Source: Azolla caroliniana
Taxonomy: Eukaryota; Plantae; Polypodiophyta
NCBI GenBank assembly: GCA_043228905.1
Contig: JBHGNT010000007.1
Coordinates: 620,001 to 684,000, forward strand
Length of the DNA stretch: 64,000 bases
Direction: 5' to 3'
The notes below the pieces were generated by a model, which saw only the letters and a list, made by a program, of their open reading frames with translations, searched no databases and was not told the DNA's origin. Positions 15,938-28,537 of the stretch are shown here, piece after piece. A program made the position numbers and the translations under genes. Within the stretch, counting starts at the first letter, position 1. Every line of letters starts with the position of its first letter.

Positions 15938-16528
15938 GAGTCCTAACAAAAGCTGAAAAAGACATGGCAAAAATCAACAGAAGTAGTTTGTATGTAGTAA
16001 CTTGACTTAACCCAAAGAATGTCACTCAATGAAGTCTTCTTTGACGTTCTTTCGTCTGTCCCATTCATCACCACCATCACTTGGAAAGAGAGATCGAAGT
16101 CCAATTTCAATATGATCTATTTTACTGCGATCTGTAAATCTTGAACATTTCTCTTTCTCTAGAAGTATGGCTAGTTGTACAGGCTATTTGTGATTGTGTT
16201 TATTGTGTAGTTGTATTTCATTGCTTCATATTATATATGGGTCATGGGAGATGAAAAAATGGAAGTTTTGGTACATTCACAGTAATTGAAAAGGTGGGAA
16301 AGGATCTATTGGAGCATTAGATGTGTAATATTCATGGATATGTATGCACATATACCCCTATACAAATATATGAAAATGCAATAGTATTCTGTATTGGATC
16401 CAATAGATAAAGAAAGAGACCTCATTACATCACAATGCTAGACTGTAAATTTATAAGCCTAATGCATTAAGTGATCAGGTATATGGTTACTTTGCACATA
16501 TTGTCATTAGAAAACAGCATTTCCAAAT

Positions 16529-16731
16529 CTCTCTACCTCCCTCACATGAAGGAGACACAAGCACTTAACTAGTTAATGCTCAGCCTAATCTACAGAAGGA
16601 TCCTCTATGAAAATGATACACTTTACCTCTCTACCTCCTTTACATGAAGGAGACACAAGCATGAGTGGTGCTTAACTAGTTAATGCTCAGCCTAACCTAC
16701 AGAAGGATCCTCTATGTAAATGATATACTTT
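16529..16731. repeat. Two-copy ~100 bp tandem duplication
   Basis: ctctacctcc..acatgaaggagacacaagca...cttaactagttaatgctcagcctaa.ctacagaaggatcctctatg.aaatgata.acttta occurs twice. Confidence 0.85.
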
Positions 16732-17179
16732 AATTCTCACTTAAAAAATAGTGTTCGATTATTCTCTGATTCTCACTTAAAAATAGACTTCGATTATTCT
16801 CGTTTAAAATAGAGTTTGATTGAATTGTCAATATGTCATTTGCAAATCCATAGTATATAAATAATTATTTGAGTGGGAAATAATGAGGAATATGATTCAT
16901 AGTTCTGCATAAACATTTACAAGTTTCCCATTTGGAAGTAAACTTAACAAAATGTTGATATTATTTGCAAAGCACAGGCTTTATAAGGACATGATTTGTG
17001 CTGTATTAGATTCAGTACATTTATAAACTTCTCCTTTAATTTCTTGAAAGTAGCCCATGTAGCCCTTCAGTTTCTTGAAAGTTGTTGTCCATGGGGATGA
17101 AGATCAATGAAGAACTACATCCCATCCTGTACTTTCGATGATCATTGTACTAACATTGTTGGAAATATTTGTGATAGCA

Positions 17180-17725
17180 GTCTGCAACTCATACAACATG
17201 TATACAAATAGGGTGAGGTGACAAAAGGGTCTCTTACAACTTATTCATTAACCACCACAACATTTAAGGATGTAAATGTAACAGATAGTTTTTTAACAAT
17301 AAATCATTGCAAGATCAATTTACAACAGATGTACTCATACCACAACTTTGAAGGATGGAACTTGTAGCAGATGGTTTTTTAACAATAAATCATTGCCAGA
17401 TAAATTTACAACATATGTAGCCACACAAATAGGGTGATATTACAAATAGGGTCTTACAGCTCATACATTAAACACCGCAACTTTGTGAATGAAAAAATAG
17501 TGCTAAAAATGAATGAAAATTATTGTAATATCGATTGATACAACATATGAATACAAATAAGGTGAGGTTACAAACGGGTCTCTTACAACTCATATAGTAA
17601 TAATTGCAATAAAAAATTATTGATACATCATTGCAAGATTAACTGATTCGACACAATTACAAAAAATGGGAACAGATATTTTACATTTCATATATTGCAT
17701 GATCAACTGATACAACATATGTATA
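17180..17725. repeat. Degenerate tandem repeat array 3' of the DnaJ-like gene
   Basis: Recurring tacaacat(a/g)tg, caaatagggtga..ttacaaa..gggtctcttacaac and tcattgcaagatcaa modules. Confidence 0.65.
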
Positions 17726-17788
17726 CACCATAGTTTGAAATAACAAAAAAGAAGGATTTGGAGGATTCTATCCTATCTATGCGAAACC

Positions 17789-19446
17789 CTATATTGCTTC
17801 CATGTTAGAGCAAGAGGTGCAAGGGAAATGACCTTTACCAGTGCAAGACTTACAGGGTGAGGAATTTTGAGGATTAAGTTCTTCAGCATTCATGAGCTGG
17901 GGTAGGATGTTCATGAAGTTCCAACCAGGCATTACTCTGCCCCTGCCTTTGCATTTTGAACAGTGAACCCTACGCAAGCCACCACAGGCCACACATAAAC
18001 CAAGGCTCCTGCAAAGAGATTTACCATCATCATCATCACTATCATCATTGTCATCATCATCAACTCTCTCTCTCTCACACATCAAACCATTTAACAGCTC
18101 CGCACAATTCTCATCTTTGACCTCCAGCAATTGTATTAAATTCATCAACTATACATCTCATTGGCCCCATAGCTCATGTTACTGGGTTGCAAAGGGGATT
18201 GATAGATACATCATCATCACACCCTTCTTTCTCACTTCATAGGCCTAAGCCTTGTTGACTTCAATGAGACCTATAAAAACATCAGTTATTTGGTATCCTA
18301 GCTTTGTCAGCACATGCATCAAACTACACACAATTGACTTAAAATCTTAGTTCTTTATTGATGTCTGGATAAGCCAAAGCGCCTATTATTGAACTACCTA
18401 CCCCACAGTCTCCAAACAATTGACATAGTCATCTTAGCTATGACCTCTCGCTCTGGCCAATTTTAGCCTCCAGTAGATGTTACTATCTCTCTCTCACTCT
18501 CTCTCTCTACATATGTATGTATCTCTGTGTGTGTATCTACATATTTAGAGATGTTGATTGACCAAGCAATTTATTTTCCTCGTATATGTGGATTATTGCA
18601 TAGAAGATTAAGTTTGCATCATATTATATAGTATCGTTCCAAGAGATTGAATAAGATCCCCCAGGCGGTTCATTATGGAGGATATTGATGTCATATGGCA
18701 TCATCCTATGAGAAAATTCATAGGCTAATTCCAATCGCAATCCATTTCTCCTATAAATGTATTTATCTGCATTACTTGTACCCATGTTTCCATTATAATT
18801 GTACTATGATCACAGCCCAGTTACATAGACAAGCTAACTAGTTTGGGTTTGATTTAATTAAATTGATTTTACCACACTATAAGATCCAGAAGGCTGCAGC
18901 TTTTGGTCTCATGGGTCTCTTAGGCCTTTTGAAGATGTTAGCATAACATTTCATTTCTCAGACAATATCGTCAAAAGGCGATTTGATGGCACTATGAGCT
19001 CGATAAGATACACTAGGTCATAAAAAGACCCGAAAGGCTATGGAAGACTATCAAGGGACATGGCATGGAAATTATATGCAGGATAATTATACATGAAGGA
19101 CGAAAGAGACACATGACCAGCATGTTTCCCAGAATGCACAGAAAGCTTTCAAGTATAAGGTGGTAATGAAAAGCATGTTTTTTTTCCCCTCTCAATATGG
19201 CAAGGATGCAGAAACACTTTGCCTATGCTCAGAAACGCTGAAATGGATGCTGACCATGGGGAAAGCTACGAATGCAAACTTCCTTTCACTTTCATCTAGA
19301 TGGGTTCAAGACATCTGGAAATTTCACATAGCTGCAAGATAGCATGCTGAAGAATGATTTGAAGGTGCAAATAGAGCACAAAGAAATCATTCTCCACCTT
19401 CCTCTTTCAAGTAATGCATAATCTCTGTCTGCCTCTCTGAATAAAA

Positions 19447-19497
<51 letters not shown>

Positions 19498-19712
19498 TCA
19501 TCCATCTATCCGTTATCTCTCTGTCGCTCGCTGGTTACAATCTTTGAAGAGAGAGAGAGAGAGAGAGAGAGAGAAATGGAATCTTGATCGAAGGCTTACC
19601 TTCTTTGGCCTTGGGCTATGAAGAGGTCGACTCTGGGAGCAGAGACAGTGGCTGCGACCAGAAAAGCTCCCACACAAAACCCTGCAATTTCGTTGGGCGT
19701 TGCCCCCTCCAT
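17789..19712 (-). CDS. DnaJ-type cysteine-rich zinc-finger protein without J domain (DnaJ-like/SSUH2-like), 110 aa; exons 19712-19600, 18008-17789
   Basis: Spliced: MEGATPNEIAGFCVGAFLVAATVSAPRVDLFIAQGQRR-SLGLCVACGGLRRVHCSKCKGRGRV...PCKSCTGKGHFPCTSCSNMEAI; four CxxC pairs; GT-AG phase-2 intron. Confidence 0.88.
19449..19573. repeat. (CT)n and (GA)n microsatellites in inverted arrangement within the DnaJ-like intron
   Basis: (CT)n at about 19449-19494 and (GA)n at about 19548-19573. Confidence 0.9.
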
Positions 19713-20093
19713 AGCTTCAGTCTTCTTCCTTTCTCTGCCTCACCACACCACACCACATATATAATCCAAGCAAAAGTATGCATGTATCATGTGTGTATGC
19801 ATGTGTGTATGCATGTATGTATGCATGTATATGGGCCATGGACACATATATGCACATATAAGCAAAAAGACACACAGAGAGAGAGAGAGAGAGAGGTCTC
19901 GGGTTCGAATCCGAACAATGCTTCACTTTTTTTATTTATCTCTGCCTTTCCTTTCTTCTTTTCCTGTTCTTGACTTCTCAGTATGTATATGTATATACTA
20001 TTATTACACTACTCTTTCTGTCACCTGCGCGCCGCAATTTGCTTCTTTCATGTGAGTAGCGGCCCACAAGATTCGCCTCCGTCGGTCGAAGCT
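19713..20093. promoter_or_regulatory. Short divergent intergenic region (probable bidirectional promoter) between the DnaJ-like gene and SPO11-2
   Basis: Only 381 bp between the two ATGs; contains TGCATG repeats, a GA tract, GGCCCA and a GGTTCGAATCC motif. Confidence 0.65.
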
Positions 20094-23000
20094 ATGGCGG
20101 TGCCTCCTCCTTCTTCGTTTCACGCAGTGGAGCTCGCCTGCACAGCCGATGTCTGCTTCCCCGAGGAGGTAATGAAGAAAGATAGTAAATCTCATCGTCG
20201 TTATTATCATCACCATCATCCTTGAATATCCACACGATGATCCATCCGACCGTCCGTCCGTTTACGTTCGGTCAGAGAAATATTATTCTTTTGAATTAGA
20301 TGATTCATTCCTTCATTCTCTGCTAGCTCACATAAATTATCTTACCTGAACTAGACGATTCATTATATCATTTGAATCAGGTGATTATTCTTCACTCGGG
20401 AAAATCATCGTCTGACTCTGATGATTATTATATCAGAGAATTCATATTGTGAGAAAGATAATTACTCTCTCAGAGAATTCATGTTCTGAATCAGAGAATT
20501 GACGATTCACTCCAGAAATCTCTTCTTTATCAAAAAGTACATCCACTTCAGCAATCTCTTTTGAATCAAAGATTCATGTACTTCAGAAATCTCTTCTGCA
20601 TTAAAAGATTCATAGAAATCTCTCCTGAATCAAACGATTCACGCACTCTAGAAATTTCTTCTGAATCATCTTCTTTGAATCAGTTTATATTGCTACTCAA
20701 ATATGTCATCTTCTAAAAAAACAATCCACTCAAGGAAGTGCGTCTGAATCAAAAGACGATTGAGAAATCTATTCTGAACCAAAAGATTATTCACTCAAGA
20801 AATCTCTCCCAATTTAGATGAATCATTTACTCAAGAAATCCCGTAGGAATCAAAAGATTCACTCAAGAAATGCATTATTAGTTGAAAGCTCCAACCAAGA
20901 AATCATCTTTGGAATCATTGAAAGATTCACTGAAGAAAGTTTTTCTGAATCAATTGATTTATTCAATCGAGAAATCTCTTTGGAATCGGATCAATTTACT
21001 GAAGAATTTTATTTTGAACCAGATAGATAGATATTTTTAGCGTCCATGGATGGGTTTTCACTCGACAAACCTTTTCTGAATTAAGATTAATAGTCTCTTA
21101 AGAAATATCCTCAGAATCAATGGTTATTTACTCTTAGAAAGCTAGCTGATCTTTCTTTATTTTCCTGCCATTATTCTAGATTGTTAAACATTCTTTTATG
21201 TTTCTTTGCCAATTTCTGCAGGTTCTATCCAGAATGCAGTCTCTGATTATACTGTTTTTGTCAAATCTCACTGCTGAAAATCCGTCCATACCGGATCTAT
21301 CACTGGTACTATATATTTCTCTTCAAACATTTTTTCTTTTTTAGATTACCTTGTTTTGCCTCTTACTTCTTTATGGCTGTTTTTTAAGGAAAAAGAAAAC
21401 CTTGGATGTTTCAACTATGGCCATCTCTGTCATTTCTTTGTTAGACTGTGTTGCACTTTTATCTTTCCTCATGATATCTCTGCTAACGGTAATGAAAACC
21501 TTGTTTGTTTCAGCTGTGCCGATCCTCAGAGAATTGTCATGCAAAGCCATCCTTCTGTGGTGCAGATGAAACAATCTTTCTCTCTCATTCCACATTCAGA
21601 AGACCTTTCCTCAAGAAGCATTTTGCAAAAGCTTATCTCAGAGGTAGTTTTCCATGATTTGTGAATTCAATCTGTTATAAATGTTCTGACCAAGCCATTT
21701 CATGTGAAAATCTTTTGAGAAGTTTCAAGAAAGCTACCAATGTATGTTAAAAACTCGGTGATTTTCTATGAGCTTGTGAGCTTTGCTAAAATCTTTCAAG
21801 AAAGGCAAGATTTTTTATGGAACTCTATTAAAAGCTTGCAAGAATAAACTCAATTTTGAGTTAAATTTCCTTCAAGGAAAGCACCATCCTGTGTGAAAAT
21901 CCAGTACAATCTTTCAAGGAAGGCATTGCTATTCATGGAAATCATCAAGTAGGTTTTTTCTATGACCACTTGAAAATCTCCTTGTACCCTTCAAGATGTC
22001 ACCATTTGAAGTCATGTATGAAAATCGGAAAAGCTTTCAACAAAGGCACCATGTGCAGATGTGCCTAAATCTGTGAAGAGGACAGACAGCATTATGTATG
22101 AAAATTCGTTAAAAACTTTATATGTGAAAATATATTCATGAAAATTTCTTGGAAATATTTCAAGAAAGGCGCCAGTCTGCTTGAGATTCTGTTAAAATCT
22201 TTCATGGATAGATAATCTTTAAAGTTTTTAAGAAAGGGATCATTATGTAGGACAATTTGTTTACATGAAAGGCACAATTTCACACATAGGTAAGTGCAAA
22301 GGGAGTTCTCATTACAGAATTTCTGACTCGTTTGAAGCAGTTTGGATGGTTTTGAGAGTATGCTATGAGCTTCTACAAGAGGCAAAGCAAGCTACACAAA
22401 GAGAAATTTTCTACCGACTCTTATCTGAATCTCCTAATTACTTCCAATCACAACGCCAAGTCAATGACAGCATACAAGGTTTTCTTTTATTTATTCTATC
22501 TATTCATACCCATTGTGAAGATAATACTAGATTTTATCTCATAAGATCATCTTTTGGACTAGAAATTGTTTTGTTGTATGTTTTTAACTCTTAAGTTAAT
22601 ATATGTGGAACCTCTCACAGATCTTGTGGCATTGCTCAAATGTAGTCGAACTAGTCTTGGAATTCTGGCCTCCAGTAGAGGATCCATATCAGGCTGCCTT
22701 TTAATCCAGGTAAGGTGCAGTGCTTCTAGCCTTTGGAGAAACTTTCTTCCCTAATCAGCCAAGTTTCCTTCAGTCTTTGTGAATGAAGTAATGAGATATT
22801 TATAGAAAGTATCCTAGCATTCCATTGCTTTGGATCAACTTAGTCTATACTTTTGCCAAGTTTAGCATATTCAGTATCATTAGACATGTTGGAACATCTA
22901 GTCCTTATTGTCATATAATGTCATTGGAATCAATACCGTTTCGGTTTCACCCCAGATTCCCAGTTACATAACTGAAACAAATAAGCTTTTGATGATGCAT

Positions 23001-25954
23001 AGATGATACAGCATTGGTTTAATAAAAACTTATCCTTCAATGGATTGTTAATATAGTTATTGAATTGCATTACTCTTCATAGGGCTTCATCTGAGACAGC
23101 CATTTTCCAACAACAAATTTTATGCAACACAAGTCTGTGGAGCATGCAGTCAATTTATTTTGTTAAATGTAAACATAAAATCTAGATACTGCTTCAGGGA
23201 AAAAGTCATATTGGATGTTGTTCATATAATGTATATCAGGGTTTTGAAAAAACCCCCACTTTAGTATAGTTTCCTCTTCCAATGTTGGAGAAGCACCTTT
23301 AATGTTTGAAGTGGAGGCAGAGATACCTCCATATCAAGAGGTAGTTCAGAATAGAAACATAAAAAATTCGATATAAATAATTTTGAAAATTTAGGTGAGG
23401 CTCATTTTATATGATCTAGAGACATGGATATACTCTCAATTAACTTGAGTTTATCATTTGAGCAGTTGAACACTGACACTCTTCCATAATATGCGCGCTG
23501 ACGATTTATTATTTATCTAAGCTTTGATGTAAATGAGAGATTTCAAGAATTACCTTCCAGAAAAGAGAGGCAAACAGAGTGGGAACCGAATGGGATGCTT
23601 TATTCTAAAGATGCAACCACTCAATTGCTTCAGGAGCCTTATGGCGAATCTTTGGATTGTACCAACATGGGGCCATCTGGTCAAGTGATAAGTGGAGACT
23701 TGAAATGTATACAGAATTGGAGATTTCGATCTGATGCAAGATACATTCTTTTGGTTGAGAAGGTCACTAATGCAGATGTCTAAGTCTTATTAATAAGTGA
23801 AATTAAATCGTTTGTTATTGAAGTGACCTGACTTGGTCTGTACTTCAGGATGCAATTTTCCAAAGGTTGCAGGAAGACAAGTTTTTCCATTCCATTCCTT
23901 GCATCATCATCACTGCAAAAGGATATCCAGATTTGGCATCCAGGTAAAGCTTGTTGGCTTGTGCGTTTCTTTCATTATTTCTGACCAAGATGCCCTTTGT
24001 TTTTCCTACATTCCAGCGTAATGAAAAACATGTTTCATATGAAACGGATCTGTTTTTCCTTCACTCAATAAACATTTTATGTGAAACATCTTTCAAAACT
24101 GGCACAAAAAACAATATTTTTGAAACAAATCAGAACCCTAAAACAAAACCTTGAAACCACTAAATGTTTCTTCTGACCTTGTCTCTGATTGGTGTTGGTT
24201 ATTCATGATTCCATATATTCATACCATTTAGATTTAGGAAGCTTTAAAAGTATAAAGATATATTTCTTTTGTTAAATGGCGGCAATGATGAGTTGACATA
24301 AGCCATGGTAATTTTTTAGGTTACAGAAGTGATGACTATGTTGTTTGAGAGACATTAGGATATTTCTTTCATGTTTCTAATCATCTACTAAAGATTAATT
24401 AGTCGTTATGGTGATCAATAAAAGGTAATACAAGAAATGTGTGTGTATTGCATGTTATGTCTTGTTATTTCTTTTTCTCTTGCATTCTCTTTAAATAAGA
24501 ATGCTGAACAAAAATTGTCATGGTTTGACGTTCTCAGGGTTCTGCTTCACCGATTGAATTGCTCATTTCCATCATTACCTATTGTAGCTCTTGTTGATTG
24601 GTAATGCATCATTGTTACTCGGATGATGTTTGCAGAGTCAAAGTAAGGAGTATGGGCTGACAAAAATGTTTCATCAAATAGTAGCTTTTGAGCTGATTTT
24701 CCTGAAGCAGGAACCCAGCTGGCTTAGCAATAGTTTGCACCTACAAATATGGGAGTGTACGGATGGGACTTGAAGCTCCAAATTACGGTAAATTATCTAA
24801 CTTCATTTCAATAGCTTTATGTTCAAAATTTAAAACTTATTAAAGCACTCGTAAAACCCCTGAATACCCAAAATGCCCTCAGCGGCTCTGCTCTCTAGAA
24901 ATTATATTTGCTATTTGTGTGTATGGTGATTTTTGAGGTTCTTTTCTCTCAAATATATTTACTATCTGAAAAATCATATGGCTATTTCGTCTCCTTTTTC
25001 TCTTTCTGGGGTTGACTGGGAACAGTTGGATAAACAAAGAAAAACTTGGATAAATTGGTAGTTTTTCAGGTAAACCATTGCCTCCACACAACTTTTCTCT
25101 CTAGAGCTGCCAAATTTCAACGTTTCGTGGATTTTCATTAGTATCAAGGACGTCAAACGCATTAACGAATTAAAACCCCCCCTCGTTTAGGAAAAGAGTA
25201 AATACAGAATACGTTTTCTTCTTTTGTATCCTACGTTTTTATTTTATGGTATATGATACTAGTATTTAACACGTTTATTAATTTTCTTTTATCGTGTGTT
25301 AAATTTAGTAGGATGTGAATCTTATATACACGGATTTCAGCTGTAAGAAGCATTAATCGATGTGCAGTGGGAGAAACATTAAAATGTTAAAGAAAATTTT
25401 CGTCTGTTATGATTGTTTAGTGTGTGAAGTGAAATGGCTTGGAGTGCGGAGTGGAGACATTCAGTTAATACCACTTGAATCACGAATGCCTCTCACCAAT
25501 AAAGATAGACAACTCGGGGCAAGTTTATTGTGTTCTAAAATGCTGCATGTAAGCTTCTATTTTCCCCATTTTCCATCCATGGGGCAAGTTTTTTGTATTC
25601 TAAAGTGTTGAATATAGGCTGCTATTTTGTCTCCATTTTGTATCCATCTGCATTTCTATCTTTTACATATATCTAGATAGATAATTATATCTATTGATCT
25701 AAATACGTCTATATCTGTAGATCTTATATTTTTATCTAGTTGCATAGATAGATATTCATAAATATATTGATTTACAAATCGATGTGTGCACATAATTATA
25801 AAATCTTCTGCAGAGTAATGTACAATACAAGCAAGAGCTAGCTTCTATGCTTGAATTTGGTCATCGGATTGAGATTGAAGCAATTTATGCGAAGGGTTAC
25901 AGCTTTCTAGGGAAGTACATAGCACAAAAGTTGGTACAAAGAGACTACATATAA
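20094..25954 (+). CDS. SPO11-2: Meiotic recombination protein SPO11-2; exons 20094-20168, 21222-21305, 21514-21643, 22341-22478, 22621-22709, 23634-23762, 23849-23943, 24538-24600, 24711-24787, 25421-25548, 25814-25954
   Basis: Spliced translation has [10 protein letters not shown] (catalytic Tyr), [61 protein letters not shown] (DWN typical of SPO11-2), VKWLG and C-terminal [16 protein letters not shown]; 11 exons, all GT-AG. Confidence 0.96.
20300..21140 (+). repeat. Degenerate ~33-35 bp tandem repeat filling SPO11-2 intron 1
   Basis: Recurring agaaatctcttctgaatcaaa(a)gattcactc motif. Confidence 0.75.
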
Positions 25955-27680
25955 TAGAAAGCTACAAATAGACTACGTATACTAGAAAGCTACAAAGAGA
26001 CTGCATCTACCTCTACCAAGAAGGTAGAAATTAGGTTTGACTTTTATCTTTTGAATGTGACTTGGTTCACAACTTTTATATAGTCAATTAAAAAGGTGCA
26101 ATGACTTATGATAACGTTTAATATTCACAATGTTAATGTGGCATCCTTACTTAATGTGTATTTCCATGGTCTCATTGTATGTCCATGTGGCATATCCTCT
26201 TCACGTTTGACCTAATTCTAGTTGCAGTGTTAGTGTGTCCAAATGCTTGGATGATGGGCACATCCTTGGACACATCAATGGTAGAATGAGGTTTGTTGCT
26301 TCTTATATTTCTTCTCATATTTATCTTTATGTTTTGCTTTTCAATATCATCGACAAGTTACTACAACTTTTTATATTGATATACATTTTATATGCATAAG
26401 GTCTATGATATTCAACTTTATATACGTAAGGTCTATCATGAAAACGTTTTTATATAAATTCCACATGCTTGAGAAGGAAGGTTGTTACAAACCATTTTTG
26501 GTATCTAACTATAGTTGTCACTTGCAAGTTCCTATTGGTGGAGGGAGTCAAATTATTGGTAGTAAAGATGATGCTATATTGAATTGTCCTTTACAAATCA
26601 GGCTTTCTTTCATTTGATCAATTTCTCATTCATGAGACCTAATTTATTTACTTATGAGTGGGATGCTTGTGACCCTACTATGGAACATTTCTACTTTAGT
26701 AGTCTTTGTCTTTATCCCTATCTATTCATCTAGAAAAATAAGAGTTCACAATATCCCCCATTGACGAAATCATCACCCTTTTTGGGAAGAACTAATTGTG
26801 CGCGCGCAACATGCTTATCCACCTCTAGAGGAGAATGAGCCACACACATCGAAAGTGCTTCCTAGCACTACGAATATCAACAAGAGATTGGGCATCTAAA
26901 ATATGCTATAAGAAATCCAATATAGATTCTCTTGAATGAGCACTCAAACAAATGGATGTCCATGTGGATGTACATAATTCTAATAAAATGCATGAAACCC
27001 TATGTGAGGTTACAACTCTTATCTATTGAACGACAAAAAGGGGTACTTATATGTGCATAAAATTTTCTCGTAATGATTGGTTTGATGATGAATGTAAAGA
27101 AATTAATCAACTAATAAAACAAATAGAGGTAGTCATTCAAAAACTAACCAAAACAATATTCACAAATTGCAACATTGTGAAAAGGAACCACAACATAAAG
27201 AAGTACAAAAGATAGAAAGACCTATTAGTTAAGAAACAATGGCATGCATAGAGAAATTTTAAGTGGAGAATGTAAGAGGTCACGACTCACAGGAGATTTC
27301 AAGGAAAGAAGATATTCTAAGATATGCTCAATCACTATGATGCACTCACTTGATGCGAACTCATGGCATTTACCATAGCTTTAAATGATGGGGAAGGCCT
27401 CGACTCTCAGGGGAAGGGGAGACAACAAATATAAACTCTTAAGAAAGTACATACACATTGAGATTGGCATTGACATGAGAAAACAATGTGATATAAACAT
27501 GTCAAACCTAGGAAAGAATCTTGCGTTCCCATAGTTATAAAATGAAATACTCATGAAAGCCCCGAACTTGAAGTACTATAACTAATATAATTCTAAAGTG
27601 ATTCATCAATTGGACCATGTCTTTCAATCCTATGCTTCACTATGTACGCTCCATCCACATGGACATTGGCATTGAAATGA

Positions 27681-28537
27681 GGAGACAATGTAGTGCAAAA
27701 AATTGGATCCTTGGAAGGGGAATTGTGTTCCCATAATGCCCGAATGAAATACTCAATCATTTCATATGCATGGGTTGAACATTGTAGGAATATTAAGAGA
27801 AGGCTTCAATTTTGTTCCTACGTTTGGGCCAAAAGTAAATACTTACATTCTACCAATTCCGAACACCATTACCATGTGTGATCGTACGGGTGGATAACCT
27901 CAAATGAACCATACTTTGTTGAACTTTTTTGCGCTTGTTACAATATTGGGTTTATGGCTCACTATTCACAATTTGCCATTAACATCATGCACAAAGTTGG
28001 AGGAGACAATGTAGTGCAAAAAATTGGATCCTTGGGAGGGGAATTGTGTTCCCATAATGCCCGAATGAAATACTCGACTATTTCATATGCATGGGTTGAA
28101 CATTGTAGGAATATTAAGAGAAGGCTCACTATAAACAATTGGCGCTTGTTACAATATTGGGTTTATGGCTCACTATAAACAATTTGCCATTAACATCATG
28201 CACAAAGTTGGAGGAGACAATGTAGTGCAAAAATTTGGATCCTTGGAAGGGGAATTGTGTTCCCATAATGCCCGAATGAAATACTTGACTATTTCATACG
28301 CATGGGTTGAACATTGTAGGAATATTAAGAGAAGGCATCAATTTTGTTCCTACTTTTGGGCCAAAAGTAAATACTTACATTCTACCAATTCCGAAAACCA
28401 TTAGCATGTGTGATCATATGGGTGGATAACCTTCAAATGAACCATACTTTGTTGGACTTTTTTTGCGCTTGCTACAATATTGGGTTTATGGCTCATTATA
28501 AATAATTTTCCATTAACATCATGCACAAAGTTGGAGG
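27681..28537. repeat. Three-copy tandem repeat, ~320 bp unit (middle copy 211 bp)
   Basis: Units start at 27681, 28002 and 28213 with ggagacaatgtagtgcaaaaa.ttggatccttgg; near-identical ORF-track peptides. Confidence 0.92.

Noticed and set aside
18009-18148. Acidic N-terminus of ORF 17789..18148
   Set aside because: Lies upstream of the AG acceptor at 18009-18010; the family-like N-terminus is in the exon at 19712-19600.
19893-19916. tRNA gene
   Set aside because: Only a T-arm/B-box is present; no acceptor stem, D arm or anticodon arm.
24590-24725. SPO11 pseudogene because DxD is replaced by DWN
   Set aside because: DWN is the normal SPO11-2 sequence; the frame and catalytic Tyr are intact.
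27681-28537. CRISPR-like array or small multigene family (repeated 62-79 aa ORFs)
   Set aside because: Long contiguous tandem units without unique spacers in a eukaryotic context; the ORFs are by-products of the repeat.
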